A stretch of 63,596 nucleotides of DNA, counting the filler, from Chiloscyllium plagiosum (Eukaryota), in NCBI RefSeq assembly GCF_004010195.1. It is 4 parts of one record of this genome, joined end to end, with 100 filler letters (N's around TTAATTAATTAA, not from the genome) between each part and the next. Parts side by side here need not be neighbours in the genome. Positions count along the whole stretch, not along the records: positions 1 to 29,863 come from NC_057717.1; 3 more parts are not named here. One strand, written 5' to 3'. The notes below the pieces were generated by a model. The model had not been told where the DNA came from and made no database searches. It saw nothing but the letters and a program-made list of their open reading frames with translations. Position 1 is the stretch's first letter. Each line of letters starts with the position of its first letter. Positions 11,847-24,681 of the stretch are shown one piece after another. The position numbers and the translations under genes were made by a program.

Positions 11847-12628
11847 GGTAAAAACAGTGACTGCTGATGCTGGAAACAAGATTCAGGATTAGTGGTGCTG
11901 AAAGAGCACAGCAGTTCAGGCAGCATCCGAGGAGCAGTAAAATCGACGTTTCGGGCAAAAGCCCTACATCAGGAATACAGGCAGAGAGCCTGAAACGTGG
12001 AGAGATAAGTGAGAGGAGGGTGGGGTGGGGAGAAAGTAGCAAAGAGTACAATAGTTGAGTGGGGGAGTGGATGGAGGTGATAGGTCGGGGGGAGGAGGGT
12101 GGAGTGGATAGGTGGAAAAGAAGATAGGCAGGTAGGACAGGTCATAGGGACGATGCTGAGCTGGAAGTTGGGAACTGTGGGGAGGTGGGGGAAGGGGTAA
12201 TGAGGAAACTCTTCAAGTCCACATTGATGCTCTGGGGTTGAAGTGTTCAAGGCAGAAGATGAGGCATTCTTCCTCCATGCGTCTGGTGGTGAGGGAGTGG
12301 TGGTGATGGAGATCCAGGATCTCAATGTCCTCGGCAGAGTGGGAGGAAGAGTTTTAATGTTGGGCGACAGTGCGGTGTCGTTGATTGGTGCGGGTGTCTC
12401 GGAGATGTACCCTAAAGCACTCTGCTAGGATGCGTCCAGTTTCCCCAATGTAGAGGAGACCACATCGGAAGCTACGGATACAATAAATGATATTGGTGAA
12501 TGTGCAAGTAAAATTTGATGGATGTGGAAGGCTCCTTTACGGCCTTGAATGGAGGTGAGGGAGGATGTGTGGGCGCAGGTATTGCAATTCCTATGGTGGC
12601 AGGGGAAGGTCCCAGGATGGGAGGGTCT
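11847..12628 (-). mobile_element. Penelope-like element 3' part (GIY-YIG endonuclease + hammerhead tail) inserted in the LINE of unit 2
   Basis: Minus strand PGTFPCHHRNCNTCAHTS, then an IIYCIR..GLLYIGETGR GIY-YIG region; tail CTGATGT-A-GGGC-TTTT-GCCC-GAAACGTC at 11941-11976; absent from units 1 and 3. Confidence 0.85.
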
Positions 12629-14599
12629 ATTGAACAGCTCTAGTTGCACATGAGAAGGTAGTGGTTTGCTGCTATTTTAAACATTTGCATCTCATCTACA
12701 GTGGAGTAATCACAATGTTAATAAGGAGGGAATTCCAGGCTTTTCACACAGCGAACGTGAAGCAATGGTGATATATTTCCAAGACAGGGTTGAGAGTAGC
12801 TTCGAGGGGAAGTTGAAGATGTTGGCTGAGGATTTTTGGTGAATTTCAACAGTGCTTATTGTAAATAGTACGTACTGCTGCGACTGTGAGTTGGTGGGGG
12901 AGGGAGGGGTTACTTGTGCATGTAACACCAAATGAGTGGGCTGCTTTGTCCTCGAGAGTGGCCAACTTCTTGATTGTCTTTGGACCTTCACGTCTCCAGA
13001 GAATTGGCGAGTTTTCGTTCAGACTCCCGACATTGTCCTTGCAGAAGATGTGTTCCAAGGAGCACACCTGCTGTCTTTGTGTTATACAGAGGGTAATGAC
13101 CACCCCTCTTAGAACAAAAAGTGCATCACCTAAAGGGGAGTGCCATGCCCTATAATCTTTTAAAAGGACGAGGAAAAGATGCGTAATCCTGTTTTCCAGC
13201 AACTTCCAATTGTTAAGTGAAATGAATCCCTGACACTGATTCTCCAATGCACAAATCATAACTTATTTAATTGACTAGAACAGTAAACAAATTAACTAAA
13301 CTATTATCATACCAATCCATTCCCCTATTACTACTATTCACGAGAAAAACACAAGACTGAAATGGTGTGCTGTTCCAATAAATATAACTCCCACTCATGC
13401 AATAAAAGAATACAATTTAATCTCTCCAAATTGAAGCCATGGTCAGTGGCTATTTACAGATTTTCTAAAATTTGACAAACGTCCAAGTGTGTGGTCCCTG
13501 AATTATGAGACAGCATTTTCTCCTTAATTATTTTCTGTGATCCTCTCACATCATGCTTGAAAGGGAAATAAAATGGACTGAATTTGCTGGATTCGTTTGT
13601 TGCATCTCGAATGGAAAATAAGGTGCACACGGAATTTCTGTATCCTGATCATCTGGATAGTCTTGACCATAAACCCTCAACATGTCTTAAAAACCTGATG
13701 CCAGCTCTCTCCCGCTCCTTTGCGATTCCAGATGGTCTGCAATAGATTGAATTGTTGTATTCGTAACTATTCGATAAGTTGCCGGAATAATGTGGACGTA
13801 AAATTTGCCCCTTGATCTGATTGTTTCTCGGCGGTTGGCTGCATCGAGTGAAAAGCTTGTGTACCACTTCTGTAGTCCTTTCAGCTGTGGTATGTGTGGA
13901 AAAAGGTCAAACCCATCCTTATATGGTCCAGGCCAAGAGAAATGGTTTTGTATTTTCCCTTGATTGTTTCTTAACAAGTGAATGCCCTTGCATTGGTAAT
14001 TCATATACTACATGCAACATCGCCTTTATATAACACCATGATAACACGGCTTGATGAAGATCTGCCTATTGCTCATCCGCCTGATATATCATGGTCTCTG
14101 TATCCTGATCAAGATATCATTTTTAAGATCGTAACATTCAGGAATATCCTCAGATTTTTGTCTCTGTTCACTAATTGATTTAGTTGCTTCTGTTTTTCTA
14201 CTTCCTGTTGTAACTGAGTTAATTGCTTTGCATGACAAATATCCACCTTGTCCTCCACTTATTCTTTTTCTGACTGAGTCACTGGGTCAAACATGGTCTC
14301 TGAGAATTCTACTTCAACTTCCTCATCTGTATTCTGTGATTTCTGCTTCTGTTTCAACTGGTGGGTTCGTGACCTTGTGATCACACAGACAGGAGAAATC
14401 CCAGTATAAACTTCCTGCAATTCTTCAGTTGCCTGATTCTGCACTGGAGTTTCGACCACTGTAAGCAATATCATTGGCAAGGACAAGTTGTATTCCTGGA
14501 GCTTGGAGTTTCTCCAATACTCCTTCCACCACTGCTTCACCTTACACTGGGCACTCTTACCTTACTCTACATAAAGGAACACCTCTCGTCCCACCTTTA

Positions 14600-15960
14600 A
14601 TTCCACGCACTGGCACGTTAGTCTGACAATAGTCCTTCTTAGTTGCATATCTCAACAACAAAGATTGACATGATTCCATGTCTCATAATACTGTAATTTC
14701 TCTACCTGCTCCTCCTGGTAGATGCGAGTAAACCTCACCTTCACAGGTCAATGGTTTAAGATTCGCCACTTCCTTCGAAATGGATCTCAGACCAGGTAGT
14801 ACATTCTGTAACAGATTTTCCTCATCCAATATGCTACAAACCTGTAGCTTCCACCTTAAACAAGGTAAGGACACCATCCCCGAGGACAAGTTCTACATAT
14901 ACAGAGGATTGCTGGGCACGAGAAAGAGGGCGACAGACACTTGATGGTACCGAAATATGACATCATAAGAACGGGATACGATGTTCAAATCATCAAAACC
15001 CAGTTACGATGTGCCACGGTGAAACACCACAATGATCTCCTCAGAAAACAGATTCTGGACACGATGGACAGAGTACGCTGCATCATCCAGTCGGCCCCCA
15101 GAAAGGAGCAACTATACCACGCTATTTGAAGCCTTTAACATGACATCGGTGGTGGCGAATACCTCACCAAGGTCAACCTGATGTCATATTGAATTCAAAC
15201 AACCTCCAAACTTTAAACAGACCACCATTCACAGCAAACTGCCCAGCCTTCAGGACAACAGCGACCACAACATGGCACAACGCTGCCAAATCATCGACAT
15301 GGATGCTATTATCATATGTGGGATCAGCACTCACCATGCAAAAGGAAGGTACTGATTTGACTGGGCCAAGATTGCCTACCTCATGCTCTGCACACAAGGG
15401 TGATCTGAGGCATTCTCCACTGGCAACACCATGCAGTCACTGCAACAATGGAGAAATGGTTTCCACACAACCAATCGCCAGAAAGAAATGTTCACTCCAA
15501 CTTGGGAAAAACTTCAGTGATCAAGGACATTCAGTCTGCACCTCGAAGTTAGCGCTCTCCAAGGGAGTCATTGAGATACACAACAACGCAGACTTGCCTG
15601 GCAGAAACTGATAGCCAAGGTCTGTACCCATGAAGATGGCTTCAACCATGATGTTGGGCCCATATCTCGTGACATACAACTCCACCATTCTGCTGTGCAT
15701 TTGTAAACAGAAAATGGTCTTTGCTTCCCGTTGTGTTTTGAAACCATCTCCTTGACAACGTGGTATGATCTCTCATCCATAATTAGATTACACAGTTTTG
15801 GATAACTTGTTCCTTTGGACAGACGCTCTTATGCGCATGTTAAGCAGCCATGTTTGATTTGTCTCTAGCGCCATTTGTTTTACATTTTGCATTAATCTCG
15901 CTGCCTCAGTTCATTTGCTATTCAGTTGTTGGCAATTTACTAACACCCTCTGAACGTTCA
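14600..15960 (+). mobile_element. Degenerate Penelope-like element (RT C-terminus + GIY-YIG)
   Basis: IIRTGYDVQIIKTQLRCATVKHHNDLLRKQ; ..GKNFSDQGHS..; AKVCTHEDGFNHDVG, matching PLE C-terminal motifs; boundaries approximate. Confidence 0.7.
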
Positions 15961-16274
15961 CTTCACTTATCCTCCATTTCCTGTTACCATCGATTTCACT
16001 GAAAACATCAGGCAAACTCCCATTTCTTTTAAAACGTTCGTTTCCCTCATCTTATGTAAGGAAAGTAGAGATAGTGGGTCATGTGTTTAGTGGCCATTTG
16101 ATGTTCATGTATCTGGTGACTAGTTTTCTGCGTATTTGTCGAATATAGTATTTTGTACATGATATTTATTTTGCTTGTTGTCTGTGCAGGTTTTTTTTAA
16201 AAGTGAGGAATTCTGCACGGGTTAGTCTGCTTGTTCGGGATTGCTGCTTAGAAATCGACGGGCTGTGTTGATTG

Positions 16275-16545
16275 GGTAAACACAATGACTGCAGATGCTG
16301 GAAGCCAGCTTCTGCATTAGTGGTGTTGGAAGACCACAGCAGTTCAGGCAGCATCCGAGGGGCTTCGAAATCTACGTTTCAGGCAAAAGATCTTCATCAG
16401 GAATAAAGGCATGAGCCTGAAGCGTGGAGAGATAAGCTAGAGGAGGGTGGTGGTGGGGAGAAAGTAGCATAGAGTACAATGGGTGAGTGGGGGAGAGGAT
16501 GAAGGTGATAGGTCAGGGTGGAGAGAGTGGAGTGAGTAGATTGGG
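16275..16545 (-). mobile_element. Short non-autonomous PLE tail cassette with degenerate hammerhead motif
   Basis: Same family as 11847-12100 and 45123-45262; reverse complement reads CTGATGAAGATCTTTTGCCTGAAACGTA. Confidence 0.75.
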
Positions 16546-19422
16546 TGCCTGCTATTTTGAATCCGGCTTTCTTTGGCTCTTTGTAGTTCCCCTATGCTGC
16601 CGTGTCCGGTGCCTCGTGAAATAATGTTCTAATGCAGCTTCGTTTGTGGAAGAAGAGGAAAAAGAGGACTCAAACCACAACAATGTGCAATTCGTAAATG
16701 TCACAGGAGAATGAGGACCAAGTACTGAACTGCAGAAGCAACCATCCCAAAGCCAACACGAAGCTGCATTAGAACATTTTCTGAGAAAAAGAACAGCAAA
16801 TGGCATCACCACAGGTAATGACATCACCAGCCCGAGGAAACCGAAGAACATGGACATAAAGTGAGCAATAACACCACTGCTTCGCCTGAGGCTCACTGAT
16901 GATGTTATCTCATATGGTGACGAAATTTCCGAGAATGAACATTCCATCTGAGCGAGCAAAATTATATCCAGTAATCTCGTGGTGATTGCTGAGATGTTAA
17001 GGAGGCAATAGTTGATCAGTTCACGCTGCAAAAACACAAAATAATTCTCTACCTGGCAATGGACATAGCAACCAAATACGGTTTGAGGTGATAAGTCGTA
17101 CATATGAATTCCATTAGGTCGCAGGAAGTATGAACATGAATAGACCACATAGCTTCCGGAGCTGACTCTGACATGCAACAGCAGCACGATCGACCCAATA
17201 TTGTTCACCTCACATTCTTGACTTTTCCACTAATTATTGATTCCTTTCGTGATCAGAATCGATCGATCTCAGCCTTAAATAGAAGCTTGGACACTTACCC
17301 ACAGCTCTCTGGGGTAAGGGGCCCCGAGGTATAATCTTTGAAAGTAGAAATTCCATCTTATCTGAGTGTTAAATTGAATTGCCTTTATTCTGATCCAATA
17401 TCATTTAATTCTGGACCCTCCGATAAAGAAAAACGTGTTCACAGCATTTACTACGTCAAGTCCCTTCAGAATTCTACACATTTAATGACATCATCTCTCA
17501 TAATTCTAAACTTCCCACAGCAGATTTCCATTAAGCTTTTGCACATTTGCCAGAACCTCCACACCGGGGATTGTGTATCTGAAATTTCGTGAACTGCCCC
17601 TAAATAAATAAGGAGATGGAAATTGTTCACAGTACTCCGGATGTGGCCTCACCAGCACTTTGCAGTAAATATTACATATTCTTCTAATCCAACCCCTATG
17701 AAATTTGGGCCAAAATTCAATTAGTTTTCCTAAATACCTCTTGCACCTCCCAGTGCATTCCTATGTTTCAAGCATTTATGTTCTGCATCTTTTTTCCGTC
17801 ATTTTCATTTAAATTATGCTGCGTTTTCTTGTTCTTCCTTTCAACATGATCAACCTCTCTAGTTTTCACTTTTTATTCTGGTGGGCATAATTATGCCCAT
17901 TTACTTAACCCATCAGTACCGCTCCGTAGATTGGTTGTACCACCCTTAGATTTTGCCATGTCACCTGTTGTTGTATTGCCTGAAAATTTGGCAAAAGTGC
18001 ATTCATTTGCTTCCTGCAAATTATTAAGGTCGATTACAAAACATTTGTAGTACCAGGAGTGACCTTTGTTGAAGCCTTGATAAAACCTACCGATACAGAT
18101 CACCATTTCCGAAATTCACTCCTGAAGACCAATTGTTATTTCCTGCCAAATATCAAATTTTCAAACTACGCTGATATACTATCCCCAATACCACGGACAT
18201 TTGTGTATTATCCTTATGCATGGTTCATTGCGAAAAGCCTTCTGTTAGTTTGAACACTCTGACTGTTTCTGTTCCTTGCGATTAATGTCAGACTTTCTCG
18301 AAAAGTTCGAACCAATTTCTCAGAAATTATTTTCCTTTTCTGGAACCGTGTCGCTTTTGCTTGATTAATCTGTGATTTTCCACATGGACTCCTGTTTTTA
18401 ACTGAACAGTTAAATCTGTTGCACTGTCTTCAATAAGAGGTGTTCAGCAGTTTGTCTCACGGTTAAAAATGATTGGTCACGTTCCTTATTTTTCAAAACG
18501 TACGACACGTTGGCAGTTTTAGAATCCTCTTGTACTCTTTCCGAATTCAATGTCGTTTTGAAAAATTGAAACCAATTTTTCTACTACAATTCGAGTTCCA
18601 TCTTTTCGATTCCAAAGTGCAGTTTATCAAGACGAGGAGATTATATGGCCCAACTAATTTCTCTGACACTACTTCATTCCTGATGTGTTGATATTCAATA
18701 CCTCCTCTATATTCTTAAACATTAGTAGCTTCTTTGTGTTTTCTGAAAGAAACACTTAGATTCATTCAATGCTCGGTGTTCATTTCCAGGCTATCACATG
18801 AATTATGTAATTCCCACCTTGACTATAATGTGTTATTGGCTGGGAGGATGGAATTGCTCAAGGCAAGAAAGAAAATTACTAGTTTTATTGAATAGGATGT
18901 GGCGAGCAGTGAATCTCCAGGATGGTAATCAATCGTTTAATATTCACTTGTCCATTAATCATGAATAAGGATTCAATTTCAGAAACTGGACAATGGTTAC
19001 ACTGTGATGAGCCGCCATATGCATTACTGATGTGACAATTGGCAATTGGCCAGAGAAGAGTACAGTCGATAATTGATCAATGACAGAAAAGACCTAGATG
19101 CCAACTCATGAGGCAAGATTATTTCACGCAAACGAAAATGGTCAAAATTCAGAAATGAGGTAAACGACATGACATTAGAATCCAGTGAACAGAGAAGGCA
19201 ATGGAAATGAAGTCAACGATGCCAGGTGCAGATCATATTTTATTTCGGGTATTATGCAAAAGTAAAGTTTGTTTTCCTTGCACAGGTGAATGTGAGTAGT
19301 ATCAGTGATGATTTGAGGTAATTGCATCTCTAGAGGTCTTATGCATGTATAAATGCACATTACCTTCCCATACACACCAGTCAACGACCTTCAGCCTCTG
19401 CTGAAGACATTCATTCTCAGAA

Positions 19423-20707
19423 ATGGCAAAAGCACCGATTTTGCTGTTGAAAGAGATTTACTATCCACTTCTCGCAGCTGTTAGTCTTCCAGATAAACCA
19501 TCCAATCAGTTTGTGTTTAATTGAGTTTAGTTTTACAATGTTAATGCCACATACTGTATGTCTTAGTATTACAAGGACAATATCGAGAATCATGTCGAGA
19601 CAATTTTTCCTATTCCCTTTTTCTCGAAGCATTAGTAGTTTAGCAATAATAATTCAACATAGGAGTCATCTGAAAATATATCTGTTGATCTTAAGAGAGT
19701 CCGACAATACCACATAGAATGATGACTGGAACGGCATATTAAATGCTTGGGTAAATTTTCTATTTTGTAAATCACTGAGAATGTGTTCAAAAGTATCTTT
19801 TCCTCTGTTTCAACAATGCATTGCAATATTAACGATCATTTCTGTTTTTCTGACAGCGAACATGATGACTATTTTAATTCACTGCCGAGGAAACTGTGGT
19901 CTTTCCAACTGCATCTCGGCTTACATGGTGGCCATGGCAACATCGGATATATTGGTTATTATCAATAGTATTACAGTGTATCGTATTTTGAGTTATCACT
20001 TCCCATTTTCCTTCTTGTCCCACACACCTGTGTGCAAAGTCATTGTATACATGATTACCATCAGTCTGGATCTAACTGTTTGGCTCACCGTTTCCTTCAC
20101 TTTTGACAGATTTGTGGCGATCTGCTGTCAGAGGTTTAAGACAAAATATTGCACAAAGAAAACTGCAATCACAATATTAATAATCGTCTCCGTTCTGATC
20201 TTATTAAAGAACATCCCACTTTTGTTTGCATATGAACCAGAGCAAATCATTAATCAAATTGAATGGGGCTGCCAGTCAAGTGTAACTTTCTTTGCTTCAT
20301 CTCCCGGAATGGCGTTTGTCTGGTTCTACAGCACCTGGGTTGCTTGGCTTCCATTTCTCCTAATTTTCTTGTTTAATTCTTTAACCATCCACCGTGTTGT
20401 CGTGGCGAACAGGACTCGCGTTGGACTCCAGGGCCATAGAACTGAGAAGCCAAAACAATCAGGGATAGAAAACCGGAGGAAGTCCATAATTTTATTGTTC
20501 TCGGTATCAGGCAGTTTCATATTGCTTTGGTTGACGCACTCGGTGAGTTTGGTCATGACCAGATTGTCACACCCTAACTATTACCGGGGTGACTTTAGCA
20601 ACCCTGAATACATCGCAACTGAAACAGGAAATATGTTGAAGTTGTTGAGTTGTTTCCTGAACCCATGCATTTATGAAGCAACCGGAACAAATTCAGAGAA
20701 GAGCTAA
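19423..20707 (+). pseudogene. GPR139-like: GPR139-like copy 2, probable pseudogene (exon 1 19423-19492, exon 2 19857-20707); alternative single-exon ORF 19781-20707 (308 aa)
   Basis: Exon 1 MAKAPILLLKEIYYPLLAAVSLP, but the donor is CAG|ATAAAC (GT>AT at 19493). Exon 2 is open TM1-TM7 with DRF and NPCIY, then a 1-nt deletion after ..GCA ACC gives GTNSEKS* instead of QNKFREEL. Confidence 0.75.
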
Positions 20708-21004
20708 AAAACGTGGGGAAATCTCTATGGAACAAAACAAATCATATCATGTGGAAAAGCCGTGGACAAGACAATATATCTTAGACGAATCTCTTTGTAG
20801 CTGAAACTGAATATCACATCATTTTTCTTCGTCCCTCGGGATAGAGCAGAGCTTCTCGCGTTAGTCTTGAACCGCTTTGTTGTTGTAAATCATCGAAGCT
20901 GCCATCGATTCAAAACTTCTTTTGTGCAAAAAAAAAATGCTTTTCGCAGCTATTCCTTCGATGTTTGATTGGACATTTAATGTCGATTTTACATACTGCT
21001 TTTC

Positions 21005-21760
21005 AAAAAACAAAGAACAAAAAACATTTACAGCCCAGGAACAGGCCCTTCGGCCCTCCAAGCCTGAGCCGATCCAAATGTACTATCTAAAGCTGTTGGG
21101 CAATTCCTAAGCATCTGTATCCCTCTGCTCCCCACCGACTCATGGATCTGTCCAGACGCATCTTAAATGAATCCATCGTGCCGCATCTACCACCTCTGCC
21201 TGCATCGTGTTCCAAACGCCCACCACCCTCTGTGTGAAGGTCTTGCCGCGTGTATCCCCCTTACACTTTCCACCTCTCACCTTGAAAGCATGACCTCTCG
21301 TTATTGAATCCGTCACCCTGGGACAAAGCTTGTCTCTATCCATCCTGTCTATACCCTTCATGATTTTGTTTACCTCAATCAGGTCTCCCCTCAATCTCCC
21401 TTTTTCTAATAAAAATAAACCTAACCTACTCAATCTCTCTTCATAGCTAGCAGCTTCCATACCAGGCAACATCCTCGTGAACCTTCTCTGCACCCTCTCC
21501 AAAGCGTCCACATCCTTGAGGTAATGTGGCGCCCAGAACTGTACACTGTACTCTCAATGCAGCCGAACCAAACTCTGTAAAATTTTAACATGACTTGCCA
21601 GCTCTTATACTCAATACCCGTCCGATGAAGGCAAGCATACCAAATGCCTTCTTGACCACTCTAACCACCTGTGCAGCAACCTTCAGGGTTCAATGGACCT
21701 GCACTCCCAGATCTCTCTGCTCATCACCTTTTCCCAAGGCTCTTCCATTCATTGTATAAT
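21005..21760 (-). mobile_element. CR1 LINE 3' fragment, inserted in unit 2 only
   Basis: ORF 21140-21511 DALERVQRRFTRMLPG..YEERLSRLGLF..RLRGDLIEV..TRGH; CR1 3' tail. Confidence 0.93.
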
Positions 21761-22928
21761 TTTTATTTTTTTTAATTGAACGTTTTGCATTTGCATACAT
21801 ATACTGTCTGTAATCTCAAAGATCAATGCTTTTTTCCACAAAAAAGGCATTAGAGGCGACATTTGATGTGTTAATAAATTAATCCATTGCAGATACTCAG
21901 ATCCAATGCTACAGTTTAAAATCCCGGTCAAGTTTATTTACGTCTTGAAAATAATTAATGGTATTGCTGCTGCAAACTTGTGTACTGCACATTTTATGTG
22001 AATACGACATGGAAGGAACTCGACTATCTGACAAAATAACTCATTGAAACGGTGTATACGGCTAAAAAAAACAACAAACAAAATGCCCTTCCTTGGTAGC
22101 CTAGTGATTGCATAATAATGAGATTAAAAAAATATTAAGTAGACGTAGCTGACAATTTCTAAAAGTTATTTCACAGTACACATGGCATACAATTAAAGCA
22201 TTCAGTGATGAATGCACTGAGAAACCGTAGATTCATGGAAATATCGAAAATACGAGTAATCTTTCACCTCAGTGCTTTTTTTTCCCGCATTCTTCCGATG
22301 CCGTTTCATCCCTATGTCCCTCAGAAATACCCATGACTACTTCTTGAAGGCATTGAGTGTCTTGATATAACACTTAATGCCCACTCCTTGATGTCTGACT
22401 GAAATTGTACAGTGCTGTCTTCTTTATATGTGACCAGGGGAAGGGCATTTCGGTTTCCTTCTTGCAGGTATAATTTTCAATACACTTATGGTTTCAGTTA
22501 ACTGGATGACCTGAATGTCTAAGATAGTAACAGAGTCACACAGTGCGGAAGCAAAATCTTCTGTCCAACCAGTCTTTGCTGATTATTATCGGGCAAATGG
22601 AAGTCAATGATCAGAAGTGATGGGAGACGCAGGGAAGAGTTGTCTGCCAGACAACCGTTATACCACAAGACAGAATTAAGAAATTCGGCTCATCCACACA
22701 CAATCATGGCTGATATGTTTCTGCACGCCATTAGCAGACCTTCTCCCAGTCAGACATGAATCCCTTTGTCACATGCAAATTATCGAAGCTACCTTCGATT
22801 CGACAGTTTCTTGAAGGAATTTCACAGGCAAACAAATACTGAAACAAGTATTTCAACTTTATAGCTCGTAGCAAACAGAATAAAACCTCCTAAGTCCGCA
22901 AGTTCAGCCTGAGAGTGGAATTTCACTC

Positions 22929-24681
22929 TTAGAACATAGAAAAGTACAGCACAGAATAGGGCCTTTGCCCAAGATGTTGTGCCGAGGTTAATCCTAATTT
23001 AGTAAATATAGTAACAACGTATGCACCCCTCAACTCACTGCTATCCATGTGCATGTCCAGCCGTCGCTTAAATGTCCCTAACAACCACAGCTGGCAACAC
23101 ATTCCATGCATTCACAACTCTCTGCATAAATAACCTACCTCTGACATCTCCTTTATACCTTCCTCCTAATATCTTCAAACTATGTCCTCTCAGAACAGTC
23201 AGTCCTGCCCTGGGGAAACGTCTCTGGCTATTGACTCTATCTATTCCACCCATTATCTTGTATACCTCGATCAGGTCACCTCTCTTCCTCCTTCTCTCCA
23301 GAGAAAAAAGTTCGAGCTGATTCAACTTTTATTTATAAGGCAAGCCCTCCAGTCCAGGCAGCATCCTGGTAAACCTTCTTTGCACCCTCTCGAAAGCCTG
23401 TTTTTCTTTCCTATAGTGGGGTGATCAGAACTGGACACAATAATCCAAGTGTGGTCTCACCAGGGACTTGTAGAGCTATAGCAAAACCTCGATGCTCTTA
23501 AATTCGATAACCCTGTTAATGAAAGACAAAACAACATATGCTTTCTTAACAACCCTATCCACTTGGGTGGCAACGTTGAGGGATCTATGTTCTGGCACTC
23601 CCAGATCCCTCTGTTCCTCCACACTGCCAAGAATCCTGTCTTCAATCCTATAATCAGCATTCAAGTTCAATCTTCCAAAATGCATCATTTCGCATTTATC
23701 CAGGTTGAACTCCATCTGCCATTTCTCAGCCCAGCTCTGCATCCTGTCTATATCGTGTTGCAGCCTGCAGTAGCCCTCTATACTATCGACGACACCTCCA
23801 ACCTTTATGTCATCTGCACATTTACTAACCCACCCCTCCATCTCCTCACCCAAGTCATTTATAAAAACTACGAAGTGCAGAGTCCCAAGAACAGAGCCCT
23901 GCGGGACCCCATTCAACACTGACCTCCAGGCAGAATACTTTCCATCTACAACCAGTCTCTGGCTTCAGCCAAACTATTCGGAATCCAGATAGCCAAATCT
24001 CCGTGTATCCCATACTTGCGGACTTTATGAATGACCCTACCATGGTGAACGTTATCATATGCCTTGCTGAAGTCAATATATGCCACATCCACTGATCGAT
24101 CTTCATCGACCTGTCTTGTCACCTCCTCGAAGAACTCAATACGATTTGTGATGCATGACCTGCCCCTCACAAAACCATACTGACTGCCTTTAATCACACT
24201 ATGCTTTGCCAAATAGTCATAAATCCCAATCCTGAAAATTCTTTCCAAAACCTTACTGACCACAGACGTAAGACTGACTGGTCTGTAATTGCCAATGTTT
24301 TCCCTATTCCCTCTCTTGAAAAGAGGAACAGCATTCGCCTCCTTCCAATCCTCCGGTACGACTCCCTTGGAGAGTGAGGGGGAAAATATCCACGCCAGTG
24401 GCTTAGCAACCTCCTTTCTCCCTTCCCGGAGGAGCCTAGGATAAATTTGGTTTGGACTTGGGGACTTATCAATCTTAATGTTTTCCAAAATTTCTCGCAC
24501 CTCAACCTCATCAATCTTGATCTGATCAAGACTGTATCACAGCTCCTCAAAGATTTCATTTACAGCAAGTTCGTTATCCTTGGTGAAAACTGAAGCAAAA
24601 AACTCATTTAGGGCTTCCCCTATCTGCTCAGACTCCAAACACACGTTCCCTCCGCTATCCCTGATCGACCCGACCTTCTTC
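22929..24681 (-). mobile_element. CR1 LINE ORF2 (RT) 5'-truncated copy, frameshifted, inserted in unit 3 only
   Basis: KSPSPNQIYPR, NYRPVSLTSVV, YIDFSKAYD, GVPQGSVLG, KCADDIK, RRRKRGDLIEVYK; TTCTATGTTCT tail. Confidence 0.95.

Larger units (their letters stand above)
10514..22593. repeat. Tandem segmental duplication unit 2
   Basis: Collinear with unit 1, plus unit-specific insertions (Penelope 11847-12628 and 16275-16545, CR1 21005-21760). Confidence 0.92.
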
